DNA of 41,078 nt from Candidatus Eiseniibacteriota bacterium (GTDB lineage: Bacteria > Arandabacterota > Arandabacteria > Arandabacterales > Arandabacteraceae), in assembly GCA_043810925.1 (NCBI GenBank), contig JBDRNT010000038.1:1-41078 (forward strand), in the 5' to 3' direction. Both the position numbers and the translations under genes were made by a program. The stretch's first letter is position 1. Every line of letters starts with the position of its first letter. Below the pieces are notes generated by a model that saw nothing but the letters and a program-made list of their open reading frames with translations, did no database searches and was not told where the DNA came from. Shown piece by piece: positions 29,821-38,428 of the stretch.

Positions 29821-30158
29821 CCCTCAAACACATTGAGTGGCAACCAGCCGTACCGGCCATCGGGTTTGCGGCACCAGGCCCAACCGTTTTGTGTCTTAAG
29901 CACCTCTACCTCGTCGCCCGCCTCCACGGTCAGCTCGGTTGCGTCATAATCAACGAGTAGCGCTCCGGTATCGCCGCTACGTTCGACGTAGAGGCCGGGT
30001 ATCCATCCGGCGTTTCCGTTGCTATCGCTACACCACAACCATCCCGGCCATTCGCTCTTCTTATCGGCCACCTTGACTTCATCGCCGGCCCTGAGTCGGA
30101 GCGGGTCAGGATATGCCGACTGATAGACTGAGCTTGCTTTGCGCGTCTTGCTAGTCAC
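29817..30158 (-). CDS. tandem bacterial SH3-like domain protein
   Basis: Two W(L/A)WC...G..GW(I/L)P...V(E/F) SH3-like units. The start is uncertain: either GTG 30158, which overlaps the upstream stop by 8 nt, or TTG 30212. Confidence 0.45.
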   Translation of the reverse strand: MTSKTRKASSVYQSAYPDPLRLRAGDEVKVADKKSEWPGWLWCSDSNGNAGWIPGLYVERSGDTGALLVDYDATELTVEAGDEVEVLKTQNGWAWCRKPDGRYGWLPLNVFEG

Positions 30159-30837
30159 CCTTCTCTTCCGGTTCCTTGACCTGGGTCTTAGGGTAACCGA
30201 CGGTCTGGGCAAGGATTACCTTCTTATCCTCGCCGAGTCCCATTGTCTTTGCCAGAGCTTCCTTATCCACGTACCCCCGGACAACAGTTGCGAGACCCTC
30301 CGAAGCACAGAAGAGATAAACGTTCTGGCTGATGAAACCCGTGTCGCATCCCGAATAGAAGTCCTGCATGTCCCCGGGTATCCGGGTCATCTTCGAGTAG
30401 TCGGCCACGTATACGAGGTTGACGGGAGCATCCTTGACAAATGGCTGTGGCCCCGTGTCGGCACGGATGTCGGCTTCAAGGACCGGGTTGAGTGTGTGGT
30501 CTTCTGCGTCGTAGACATAGAGTCCCTGTCTTAAGGCCACGTAGATATCGATCTCCTGCATGTTCATCGCCGACGGCGCCGTGCGCTTTCCGGTTTCGGC
30601 GCGGTTGATGCCGAACACCGCCCAGAGCATGTCGGACATCACCTGCATGGGAAGTTCTTCAGGGCCGTATTCACGCTGGGTCTGTCTTTCCTTCAGTGCC
30701 TCCATGAGGGGTTTCCCGCCCTCCGTCCTGGGCTCGGGCAGTTTGATCGACGTGAAACCCTCTCCGTAGGTCAGTACCGAAGCAGTGAGGATCAAAGCCA
30801 GCATCAGCCCCGCAACTCTAACCAGTCTTGTCTTCAT
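30151..30837 (-). CDS. nitroreductase-family protein (SagB-type dehydrogenase domain), signal-peptide-bearing
   Basis: PLMEALKERQTQREY...MLWAVFGINRAETGKRTAPSAMN...LYVYDAEDHTL is the SagB/ThcOx-like pattern. N-terminal signal peptide. Confidence 0.7.
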   Translation of the reverse strand: MKTRLVRVAGLMLALILTASVLTYGEGFTSIKLPEPRTEGGKPLMEALKERQTQREYGPEELPMQVMSDMLWAVFGINRAETGKRTAPSAMNMQEIDIYVALRQGLYVYDAEDHTLNPVLEADIRADTGPQPFVKDAPVNLVYVADYSKMTRIPGDMQDFYSGCDTGFISQNVYLFCASEGLATVVRGYVDKEALAKTMGLGEDKKVILAQTVGYPKTQVKEPEEKGD

Positions 30838-30899
30838 AGTGTTCCTCCATTCTTTACTGTGACCGCCACCTTTAGTATCTTACTCTATAGGGGAATGTG

Positions 30900-33107
30900 A
30901 TGAAACCTATTTACCTCGACTACAACGCGACCACGCCGATCGACCGGCGTGTGGCAGATGCGATGTTGCCCTTTATCACCGAACACTTCGGCAACCCTTC
31001 GAGCGGTCACGCCTACGGCGTCGCTACGAGAAAGGCTGTAGAGAAGGCCCGCGGGCAGGTGGCGGGTTTCCTGGGGTGTGAGGTATATGAAGTGGTCTTC
31101 ACAAGCGGCGGTTCAGAGAGCAACAACCACGCGATAAAGGGAGCGGTCCTCGCATATGCCGACAAGGGCAACCACATCATCACCTCAGCGGTTGAACACC
31201 CGGCCGTGATCGAAGTCTGCAGGTATCTGGAAAAGCACCACGCATGTGACGTCACCTATCTTCCCGTTGACGCACATGGTCTGGTGGACCCCAAAGAGGT
31301 TGAAGCTGCGATCACGCCGCGCACTCTGCTAATCACAATCATGCATGCCAATAACGAGGTGGGCACGGTTGAGCCCATAAAGGAAATTGCCTCGATCGCC
31401 CGCGCTCATGATGTTTTCCTCCACACGGATTGTGCGCAGTCTGCGGGGAAGATACCCGTTGACGTGGACGAACTTGGTGTCGACCTGCTTTCGTTGGCGG
31501 GTCACAAGATTTATGCGCCGAAGGGCGTTGGTGCACTTTATGTACGCAGCGGCGTCCGCCTTGAAAAACTGATCCACGGGGCAGCACAGGAGATGAAATG
31601 GCGGGCCGGTACCGAGAATGTGATCGAGATAGTCGGCCTCGGTGAGGCCTGCGACTTGATTGCCGGCGACCTCGACGAACACAGTGACCGGATGAAGCAG
31701 ATGCGTGATCGGCTTGAGAAGGGAATCAAGGACAGGTTTCCGGACATCAGGATCAACGGGCATCCGGAGAAGCGTTTGCCCAATACTCTGAGTGTGAGTT
31801 TCAGGGGGCTTGAGGCCAACACCATTCTCTCGGAACTCTCCGGTGTGGCCGCTTCTGCGGGAGCGGCCTGCCATAGTGACCGGGTGGAGATCTCAGATGT
31901 GCTTGCCGCGATGCGGGTGCCGATGGACTATGCGATGGGGACCATCCGGTTCTCGGTGGGCCGCTTCACGACACCCGACGAAATAGACCGGGCGATTGAG
32001 GAGATCACGAAGGTTGTGGGAGGAATGGCCCGCGGAGAAGCCCTCATCTCAGCCGAGCCGGTCACCGGGAAGGTGAAGCTGACTCAATTTACACACGGGC
32101 TTGGGTGTGCGTGCAAACTCCGGCCACAGGTTCTTGAAAAGATCCTGGCAAAGATACCGGTTTCACATGATGAGAATGTGCTGGTGGGGACGGACACTTC
32201 CGACGATGCGGCCGTCTACCGGATCGATAAGAAGACCGCGATTGTACAGACGGTTGATTTCTTCACGCCGGTCGTCGACGATCCGTTTCAGTTCGGTGCG
32301 ATCGCGGCGGCAAATTCACTTAGCGATATCTATGCGATGGGTGCGAAGCCCCTTTTCGCTTTGAGTGTTGTCGGGTTTCCGAGTAACCGGCTTCCGGTTG
32401 AAGTGCTGGAAGAGATCTTGAGCGGGGCACGATCAAAAGCCGGTGAGGCGGGAATAGACATTATCGGCGGTCACACCGTGGATGACACCGAGCCCAAGTT
32501 CGGTCTGGCGGTCAGCGGTGTCGTCGATCCCGAAAGGATCGTGACCAATCGAGCTGCCAGACCCGGTGACGTCCTCGTTCTGACCAAACCGATTGGGACG
32601 GGCATACTTGCCACGGGTCTCAAACAGGGGCTGCTGGATGCCTGCCAGATCGACACGCTTGTGGAGACCATGGCGACCTTGAACATGCGTGCCGCCGAAG
32701 CGATGCTGGATGTTGGCGTCAACGCCTGCACGGATGTCACCGGTTTCGGCCTCCTGGGGCACCTGCTGGAGATGATGACCGGTTCGGGTACTGCGGCTGT
32801 GTTAGAGGTAAGCAACGTCCGGTTTCTGCCGGGCGCCGTGGAACTCGTCACGTCCGGCGTCATCCCGGGTGGAACGCGCAACAATATGGAGTATACGGCC
32901 CCGTCGGTGAAGTATGCAGACGGGGTCCCCGAGATCAAGCGCGTGCTCTTAAACGACGCCCAGACCTCGGGTGGGCTTCTGATATCGCTCCCGGCCAAAC
33001 AGGTTGAGGCCTTGATGGATCGGCTCCGCGAAAAGGGTGTGGAAGGGGCAAGTGTGGTGGGCAGGGTTGTTACGGGAGGCGGCCCGAAGATCACGGTCGA
33101 AAGGTAG
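30900..33107 (+). CDS. selD: fusion protein: cysteine desulfurase/selenocysteine lyase (NifS-like) joined to selenophosphate synthetase (SelD)
   Basis: Residues 1-~385 carry SLAGHKIYAPKG (PLP Lys) and SAGAACHSD (active-site Cys). From about residue 395 the sequence KVKLTQFTHGLGCACKLRPQVLEKIL...VLVGTDTSDDAAVYRI matches the E. coli SelD N-terminus ([20 protein letters not shown]). There is no stop between the two domains. Ribosome-binding site AGGGGA. Confidence 0.85.
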   Translation: MKPIYLDYNATTPIDRRVADAMLPFITEHFGNPSSGHAYGVATRKAVEKARGQVAGFLGCEVYEVVFTSGGSESNNHAIKGAVLAYADKGNHIITSAVEHPAVIEVCRYLEKHHACDVTYLPVDAHGLVDPKEVEAAITPRTLLITIMHANNEVGTVEPIKEIASIARAHDVFLHTDCAQSAGKIPVDVDELGVDLLSLAGHKIYAPKGVGALYVRSGVRLEKLIHGAAQEMKWRAGTENVIEIVGLGEACDLIAGDLDEHSDRMKQMRDRLEKGIKDRFPDIRINGHPEKRLPNTLSVSFRGLEANTILSELSGVAASAGAACHSDRVEISDVLAAMRVPMDYAMGTIRFSVGRFTTPDEIDRAIEEITKVVGGMARGEALISAEPVTGKVKLTQFTHGLGCACKLRPQVLEKILAKIPVSHDENVLVGTDTSDDAAVYRIDKKTAIVQTVDFFTPVVDDPFQFGAIAAANSLSDIYAMGAKPLFALSVVGFPSNRLPVEVLEEILSGARSKAGEAGIDIIGGHTVDDTEPKFGLAVSGVVDPERIVTNRAARPGDVLVLTKPIGTGILATGLKQGLLDACQIDTLVETMATLNMRAAEAMLDVGVNACTDVTGFGLLGHLLEMMTGSGTAAVLEVSNVRFLPGAVELVTSGVIPGGTRNNMEYTAPSVKYADGVPEIKRVLLNDAQTSGGLLISLPAKQVEALMDRLREKGVEGASVVGRVVTGGGPKITVER

Positions 33108-33173
33108 CGTGAACCCCGGTCAAACCGTAGAGATCCGGGGCAGGGTCTCGAGGTCAGAATTCCAGGATTTGCT

Positions 33174-33203
33174 TGATTCTTTTGACCCACAAATGGCATC
33201 GTA
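33174..33203 (+). promoter_or_regulatory. candidate promoter for rubrerythrin
   Basis: TTGACC (33174-33179), 18-nt spacer, then TATAAG (33198-33203). Confidence 0.25.
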
Positions 33204-33259
33204 AGTATAAGAGTTTTCATTCGAGTATTGGTCGTTTAGAGAAGGGAGAGTGATTTCAC

Positions 33260-33754
33260 GTGCCATCAGCAGAGGATCATCTGAAAGACGCATTTGCAGG
33301 CGAGTCACAGGCAAATCGTAAATACCTGGCGTATGCCGAGAAGGCGGACCGCGATGGACAGCCCCAGGCTGCCAGGCTCTTTAGAGCTGCCGCGGCGGCT
33401 GAAACCGTGCATGCCCACAACCACCTGCGAGCACTTAAGGCGATAGGAAGCACCGAAGCCAATCTCAAGGACGCGATCGCGGGTGAGACTCATGAATTCA
33501 AGAGTATGTACCCCGAGATGATCGAGCAGGCCAAGGCCGAAGGCCACAAGGACGCGGAAAGGTCTTTTCACTTCGCTCTTGAAGTAGAGAAGATCCACGG
33601 CGCACTCTACCAGAATATGCTCGACAATCTTGGCTCTGTGGGTGACTTCCCCTACTATGTATGCCCCGTCTGCGGCTTTACTGCCGAGCGAGGTGCGCCT
33701 GATACGTGCCCCGTATGTGGAACCAAGGGCACTATGTTTAAGAAGGTCGAGTGA
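33260..33754 (+). CDS. rbr: rubrerythrin
   Basis: Diiron ferritin-like EAxxH motifs (AAETVHAHNH, ALEVEKIHGALY) plus a C-terminal rubredoxin-like CPVCG...CPVCG. GTG start after AAGGGAGAG. Confidence 0.9.
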   Translation: MPSAEDHLKDAFAGESQANRKYLAYAEKADRDGQPQAARLFRAAAAAETVHAHNHLRALKAIGSTEANLKDAIAGETHEFKSMYPEMIEQAKAEGHKDAERSFHFALEVEKIHGALYQNMLDNLGSVGDFPYYVCPVCGFTAERGAPDTCPVCGTKGTMFKKVE

Positions 33755-33798
33755 CGGTTGCGGGGCTCGGCCCTGTGACAAGAAAGGGATAGGCCGGA

Positions 33799-34293
33799 AT
33801 GGATGCCGAGGGCCGGGACCGCGTGATTCAAGACGAGGTCGTCGTGGAGGCCGGTCTTGATGCCGTCTGGGACGCGTGGACCACCAGTGAGGGTATTAAG
33901 TCGTTTTTCGCGCCGGCATGTAGCATCGATCTCCGGGTGGATGGTGCCTATGAGATGCTGTTCGATCCGGGCGCTGAGCCGGGGAGCCGTGGCGGCGAGG
34001 GTGTGCGGATACTCGCGATCGAGCCGAAGACGATGCTCTCGTTTACCTGGAACGCCCCGCCTCATCTTGCGAATGTGCGAAAACAGTGGACCCACGTGGT
34101 TATCCGGCTTGAGGCTGCGGGTGCGGGCCGGACCAGGGTGAGGATGATCCATGACGGCTGGGGAGAGGGCGAGGAGTGGGATCAGGCATTTGAGTACTTC
34201 ACACGGGCGTGGAAGCAGATGGTGCTGCCACGCCTCAGGTATAGATTCTCCACAGGTCCTGTTGACTGGGAGAACCCGCCCAGGTTCGAGTAG
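33799..34293 (+). CDS. SRPBCC (AHSA1/polyketide-cyclase-like) domain protein
   Basis: About 160 aa with the pattern EAGLDAVWDAWTTSEGIKSFF...KTMLSFTW... Confidence 0.6.
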   Translation: MDAEGRDRVIQDEVVVEAGLDAVWDAWTTSEGIKSFFAPACSIDLRVDGAYEMLFDPGAEPGSRGGEGVRILAIEPKTMLSFTWNAPPHLANVRKQWTHVVIRLEAAGAGRTRVRMIHDGWGEGEEWDQAFEYFTRAWKQMVLPRLRYRFSTGPVDWENPPRFE

Positions 34294-34307
34294 GAGGCAC
34301 TTCACAG

Positions 34308-34898
34308 ATGTTTCACAATATGCCGAAGCAGATTCTCAAACGGATGCAGTATCTCGAGCGTCTGGATGCCCGCCACAGGAAACAGGATATCTCCCACCTT
34401 AAACGGCTTCGCCAGATACCACCCGCGACGGGCAAGTTCCTTGCCCTGGTGGCGGCGAGTGCCCCGGATGGGACCTATCTTGAGATTGGGACGAGCGCGG
34501 GGTATTCCACGCTCTGGCTTACCCTTGCATGCCGGGAAGTGGGGAGGAAGATAACAACGTTCGAGGTGCTCGAAGAGAAAGCCTCGCTGGCGATGGAGAC
34601 TTTCAAGCAGGCGGGTGTTGAAGCCATTGTCGATCTCGTGACAGGTGATGCGCGTCAGCACCTTGCTGGTTACAAGGATGTCGCATTCTGCTTTCTCGAT
34701 GCCGAGAAGAAGTACTACAACGAATGCTTTCAAGCCGTGGTCCCCAACATGGTTCCCGGCGGGATCCTCGTCGCCGATAACGTGATCACCCACCAGGAGA
34801 TTCTCAAGGGTATGGTGGCGAAGGCCCTCAAGGATAAACGCGTCGATTCGATGATCGTCCCCATAGGATCGGGCCTACTCATGTGCCGGAAATTCTGA
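34308..34898 (+). CDS. class I SAM-dependent O-methyltransferase (family 3, caffeoyl-CoA OMT-like)
   Basis: LEIGTSAGYSTLWLTLA (SAM-binding motif I), FCFLDAEKKYY and GGILVADNV. Confidence 0.75.
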   Translation: MFHNMPKQILKRMQYLERLDARHRKQDISHLKRLRQIPPATGKFLALVAASAPDGTYLEIGTSAGYSTLWLTLACREVGRKITTFEVLEEKASLAMETFKQAGVEAIVDLVTGDARQHLAGYKDVAFCFLDAEKKYYNECFQAVVPNMVPGGILVADNVITHQEILKGMVAKALKDKRVDSMIVPIGSGLLMCRKF

Positions 34899-35050
34899 CG
34901 GGGGATCCAGCCATTTTGCGAACCTGCTCACATATGGCACTATCCCACACAAAGCCAACTTTCCCGTTGCAAGTCGGCCCGAAAAATGGTAACATTAATG
35001 GTAACTATTAAGTAAGCAGTGGATCATTTTGCTTCGGAAGGAGGCAGCCT

Positions 35051-36184
35051 ATGCGTATAGGCATCATTATGGGTCTGGCGGCGCTACTGCTCCTGGCCCT
35101 ACCCGTTCTGGCAGTACAGCGTGCGGTCCTCATCGAGGACTTCACGAACTCTGGGTGACCTGGCTGTGACGCCATCAAAGATGAGATGAACGTTATCTTT
35201 GATGAGTATCCGGGGCAGGTTGTCCCGATTCGAATTCACACCTGGTGGCCAAGTTCTGTCGATCAGTTCTTTGTTTTCGCGTACCCGGAAGACTCCCTGC
35301 GGGTAAGGTTCTACGGCGGGCTTACTCCGTGGACTGCGTATTACTACACACCCAGTTTCCGGTTTGACGGCAAGTATGTCTCGGACCCATCGGATAGTAC
35401 AAGTACTGGGGGCGATATGTGGCCGACGTATGCTTCCTGGTACGCCCGGACCCGAGAGGTAATCGACAGTCTTCTCACCGTTCCGAGTCCGCTGAGGATA
35501 AGCGTCACACGGAATTGCTTCAGTCCTGACAGTGATTCAGTCTACGTGGATTTCGATGTTGTCGCCGAGGATGACGCCGACTACAATCAGAATCTGTATC
35601 TCGCGGTGACCGAGTGGAGGCATCGATATACTTTCCCGACCGGAACGCACGATCACGCCCTGAGAGACTATGTTCCGGATCAGGACGGTATGGCAATAGG
35701 CCCGATGCTTTCCGGTGACTCACTCCACTTCGAGTGGGACTACATCGTCTACCCGGAGTACTGGCATGCAGCGAGTGGTACCTCACGCGTGAATACCAAC
35801 CTCTTCGTCCAGCGAGCGGGTACGAGAAAGGTCCAGCAAGCGTGGACCGGACATCCGGGAGAGTTTGAAGACCCGGTTTCCGGTGTCGCCATTCCCCGTT
35901 TGGCAGACGCGATCTGGCTGGGCAAGAACTCGCCTAATCCATTCAGCGAGCAGACGAGTATAGCGTACAACGTCAGGCGTGCCGGACATGTTCGTCTGTC
36001 GGTCTATACGCTTGAAGGAAGGCTTGTGGCTGATCTCGTCGACGGCCAGGTTGACCCCGGCTCTTATGCAGCTGATTGGGATGGTCGAGACCGCTTCGGA
36101 CACGAAGTCGGAAGCGGGGTCTATTATTTCAGTCTGAAGCAAGACAAGTCTGCCCAAACAGGTAAGATGATCGTACTTCGCTAG
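35051..36184 (+). CDS. candidate selenoprotein: exported thioredoxin-fold protein (U-P-G-C) with T9SS-type C-terminal domain; in-frame TGA at 35156-35158 read as Sec
   Basis: ATG 35051 is preceded by GGAAGGAGG. It encodes signal peptide MRIGIIMGLAALLLLALPVLA and runs to TGA in the same frame as the 35186 ORF. The context EDFTNSG-U-PGCDAIKDEMNVIFDEYPGQ is thioredoxin-like. The C-terminus LGKNSPNPF...WDGRDRFGHEVGSGVYYFSL...MIVLR is a T9SS CTD. Confidence 0.5.
35173..35204 (+). promoter_or_regulatory. stem-loop 14 nt downstream of the in-frame UGA (candidate bacterial SECIS)
   Basis: Perfect 10-bp inverted repeat CATCAAAGAT (35173-35182) / ATCTTTGATG (35195-35204). It extends by a G-U and an A-U pair to give an 8-nt apical loop GAUGAACG. 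Confidence 0.4.
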
Positions 36185-36195
36185 GAAAGAAGAAA

Positions 36196-36230
36196 AGAGC
36201 TGGGGGCCAGGGGTCTCCAGCTCTTTCTAT
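36196..36230 (+). terminator. candidate intrinsic terminator after the 35051-36184 gene
   Basis: AGAGCTGG (36196-36203) / CCAGCTCT (36217-36224) form an 8-bp stem with a 13-nt loop, followed by TTTCTAT. Confidence 0.45.
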
Positions 36231-36367
36231 ACCTTGCGGAACGGGCCCGGTACGGCTTAGGACAGGGACAGGCATTTAGGTGGTTGGCGTGGACGCCACA
36301 AGGTCTTATACTTAGGGTAATGGGTAGATTGGAAGACACAGTGAAAGCAAGACTCTTACCTGCGCAT

Positions 36368-36886
36368 ATGGCCGCCATGGGCTTTGTCGTATTGCTCATG
36401 GTTGCGGCCGCGGTCTCGCCGTTAAGAGCGGGACCGGCCCCCGACTTCACGCTTCCCAACATCGATGGAAAGGATGTCACGCTTTCCGAGGCGTTGTCGG
36501 AGGGTCCGGTGATCATCGACTTCTGGGCGACATGGTGTAAGCCCTGCATCAAAGGGTTCCCGAGTCTCCAGGGGATTTATGACAAGTACCGCGAGCGTGG
36601 ACTCAGGGTGTTTGCAATCTCTGTTGACAGTCCCCGGTCGCGGGCGCGTGTAGGTCCGCTGATTCGATCGAAGAAGTACACCTTCGAAGTTCTTCTGGAC
36701 ACGCAGGGCCGCGTCGCCAAGAAGTATAACGCGGTCGCACTTCCACGGACGGTGCTCCTTAATACTGACGGCGAGATCGTGCTTGCGACGGTGGGTTACC
36801 GGCCGTCAAATCATGAAAAGCTCGAAGAAGCACTGCTGCCAATCCTGCAAGCCAAGGCCGGCGAGGATACCAAAGGTGCCGACTGA
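36368..36886 (+). CDS. TlpA/ResA-like thiol:disulfide oxidoreductase (thioredoxin fold, WCKPC), membrane-anchored or exported
   Basis: VIIDFWATWCKPCIKGFPSLQGIYDKY and VFAISVDS motifs. N-terminal hydrophobic anchor MAAMGFVVLLMVAAAV. The start is uncertain: GTG 36341 and TTG 36284 are alternatives. Confidence 0.8.
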   Translation: MAAMGFVVLLMVAAAVSPLRAGPAPDFTLPNIDGKDVTLSEALSEGPVIIDFWATWCKPCIKGFPSLQGIYDKYRERGLRVFAISVDSPRSRARVGPLIRSKKYTFEVLLDTQGRVAKKYNAVALPRTVLLNTDGEIVLATVGYRPSNHEKLEEALLPILQAKAGEDTKGAD

Positions 36887-38360
36887 TCGTTTTCTCCCCA
36901 CGGTATGTCTGGTCATTGTTATAGCGGCGGTATCTGTCGTATGGACCAGTCCGGTTGGTGCCCTTGAGACGGGTGCGAGGGGCGCAGTATCAGGTGAAGG
37001 TCTCCTCAACACCGATGAGGGGGCGAGAGTTGTCGATGCGAGAGTCGACTTCGATATAGATGTAGACTTCCTGACCTTCGGAGGGGCCTACCGGTTCTAT
37101 GATTTCGGAAACAAGAACTACAACCCTGCGGGCATAGATGCCGTCGATCATCTGAAGCACCGGTACTTAGCGGGCGAGATCCGCGGCCTCTTCTTCAGGG
37201 CGGGTCACTTCTTCTCGACCTTCGGCAGGGGACTCACGCTGAGGAGTTTCGAAGATCCCGGTCTTGAACACGATACATCACTCGACGGCATCATAGCGGA
37301 GTACGAGACCGGACCCGTGAGAGTCACCGGGCTTACCGGTATGATAACCGAGCGGCTGACGGGCCTGCAATCCCGGGAGCACAATGTGCGGGGTGGAAGA
37401 GCCCGGGCCGGTGTCGGTGACATACTTGCTGTTGCGGTAAGCGGTCTCGACCGGAGCACAAAGAGACGAGATGAACAGGTAGTTTTGCCCGATAGTCTTA
37501 CGAGCTTCAGCGACAACGTGATTGGGGCCGAAGTCGAGGTCTGGCATGGGCCGCTGTCGCTGGTCGGTGAATATGCCCGAAGAGACGGTGACTACTATCA
37601 CGGACTCGAGCAAGACGGTGAAGGCGGCAGCGCAACATATCTCTCCGGGAGTCTGGCTACGAACCTGCTCACGCTGCTTGGGGAATACAAGGACTATGAC
37701 AGGTTTGAAAATACACTGGTGAATCCCCCCATCTGTGTCAAGGAACACGTGTGGATTTTGATGAACAGGGTGACGCACCAGGTCAGCTTTGATAACGAAA
37801 GAGGGTTTCTGCTTGAGGGCACGCTTTCTGCGAGCGAGAACGTACAGCTTACCGGTGGAGCCTCTGAAGCTCGGACCCAGGGAGGCAGTCTCGGACACTG
37901 GGAGATCTTCGGCCAGGTCGATCAGCCGCTTCCGGGTTGGGGGATCAGATCGTTTGCCGGATCGTGGTCGAGGGAATACCTGTACGGCAAGTTCACCGAA
38001 AACATCAGTTGTGGGCTCGATCTCGAGATTTCATTGCCCTCCCAACACGTGGTGGAGGTGGGGATCGAGGCACAGACAATAAAGGAGCCTTCACTGGACT
38101 CGCATGAGAATTACATGGCATCGGCTGCGCTTTATCCCTGGCCGAGCGTGACGCTTGCCGCCACTGGAGAGCTGACCACCGAGGAAGGGCTCGAACGCGA
38201 CAAGTGGCTCTTCGGTGAGGCCAGGGTATCGGTAGGGGGAGATTTCGAGGTATCTCTTGGTGCCGGGAGCGAACGTGGCGGTAAGAAGTGTAGCGGTGGC
38301 ATTTGCTACACGGAACCTGAGTTCGCAGGCGTTAGACTGCGCTTCTCGGCCTTCTTCTAG
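36876..38360 (+). CDS. putative outer-membrane beta-barrel protein
   Basis: Signal-like N-terminus FLPTVCLVIVIAAVSVVW. Alternating beta-strand pattern. The C-terminus ends ...VRLRFSAFF with an aromatic final residue. A GTG start at 36876 after GAGGA overlaps the TlpA-like stop, which suggests translational coupling. Confidence 0.5.
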   Translation: MPTDRFLPTVCLVIVIAAVSVVWTSPVGALETGARGAVSGEGLLNTDEGARVVDARVDFDIDVDFLTFGGAYRFYDFGNKNYNPAGIDAVDHLKHRYLAGEIRGLFFRAGHFFSTFGRGLTLRSFEDPGLEHDTSLDGIIAEYETGPVRVTGLTGMITERLTGLQSREHNVRGGRARAGVGDILAVAVSGLDRSTKRRDEQVVLPDSLTSFSDNVIGAEVEVWHGPLSLVGEYARRDGDYYHGLEQDGEGGSATYLSGSLATNLLTLLGEYKDYDRFENTLVNPPICVKEHVWILMNRVTHQVSFDNERGFLLEGTLSASENVQLTGGASEARTQGGSLGHWEIFGQVDQPLPGWGIRSFAGSWSREYLYGKFTENISCGLDLEISLPSQHVVEVGIEAQTIKEPSLDSHENYMASAALYPWPSVTLAATGELTTEEGLERDKWLFGEARVSVGGDFEVSLGAGSERGGKKCSGGICYTEPEFAGVRLRFSAFF

Positions 38361-38428
38361 GGGCCCGGAATAATGGCGGCTACCGGATGGAGTTTGATGC
38401 ATCGTAATGAAAGAGGGATAGAAGGGTG

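Noticed and set aside
33113-33141. CCCCGG...CCGGGG hairpin after selD considered as a terminator.
   Set aside because: No U-rich tract follows it, so it may be only a weak or non-functional structure.
32471-33220. 249-aa minus-strand ORF.
   Set aside because: It lies antisense to the SelD half of the fusion gene, which has strong homology. It is S/T/P-rich low complexity.
33655-34305. 216-aa minus-strand ORF spanning the rubrerythrin and SRPBCC genes.
   Set aside because: It overlaps two well-supported plus-strand genes and is Arg/Pro-rich antisense.
35156-35158. TGA at 35156-35158 read as a genuine stop. That would give a 35-aa signal-peptide-only ORF plus a separate downstream gene starting at ATG 35186.
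   Set aside because: The downstream protein would carry a T9SS C-terminal sorting domain but no signal peptide. The two ORFs are in the same frame. The TGA sits exactly at the CxxC nucleophile position of a thioredoxin fold and aligns with Cys in a paralog. A perfect 10-bp hairpin follows it. I kept the stop reading as the explicit alternative in the finding.
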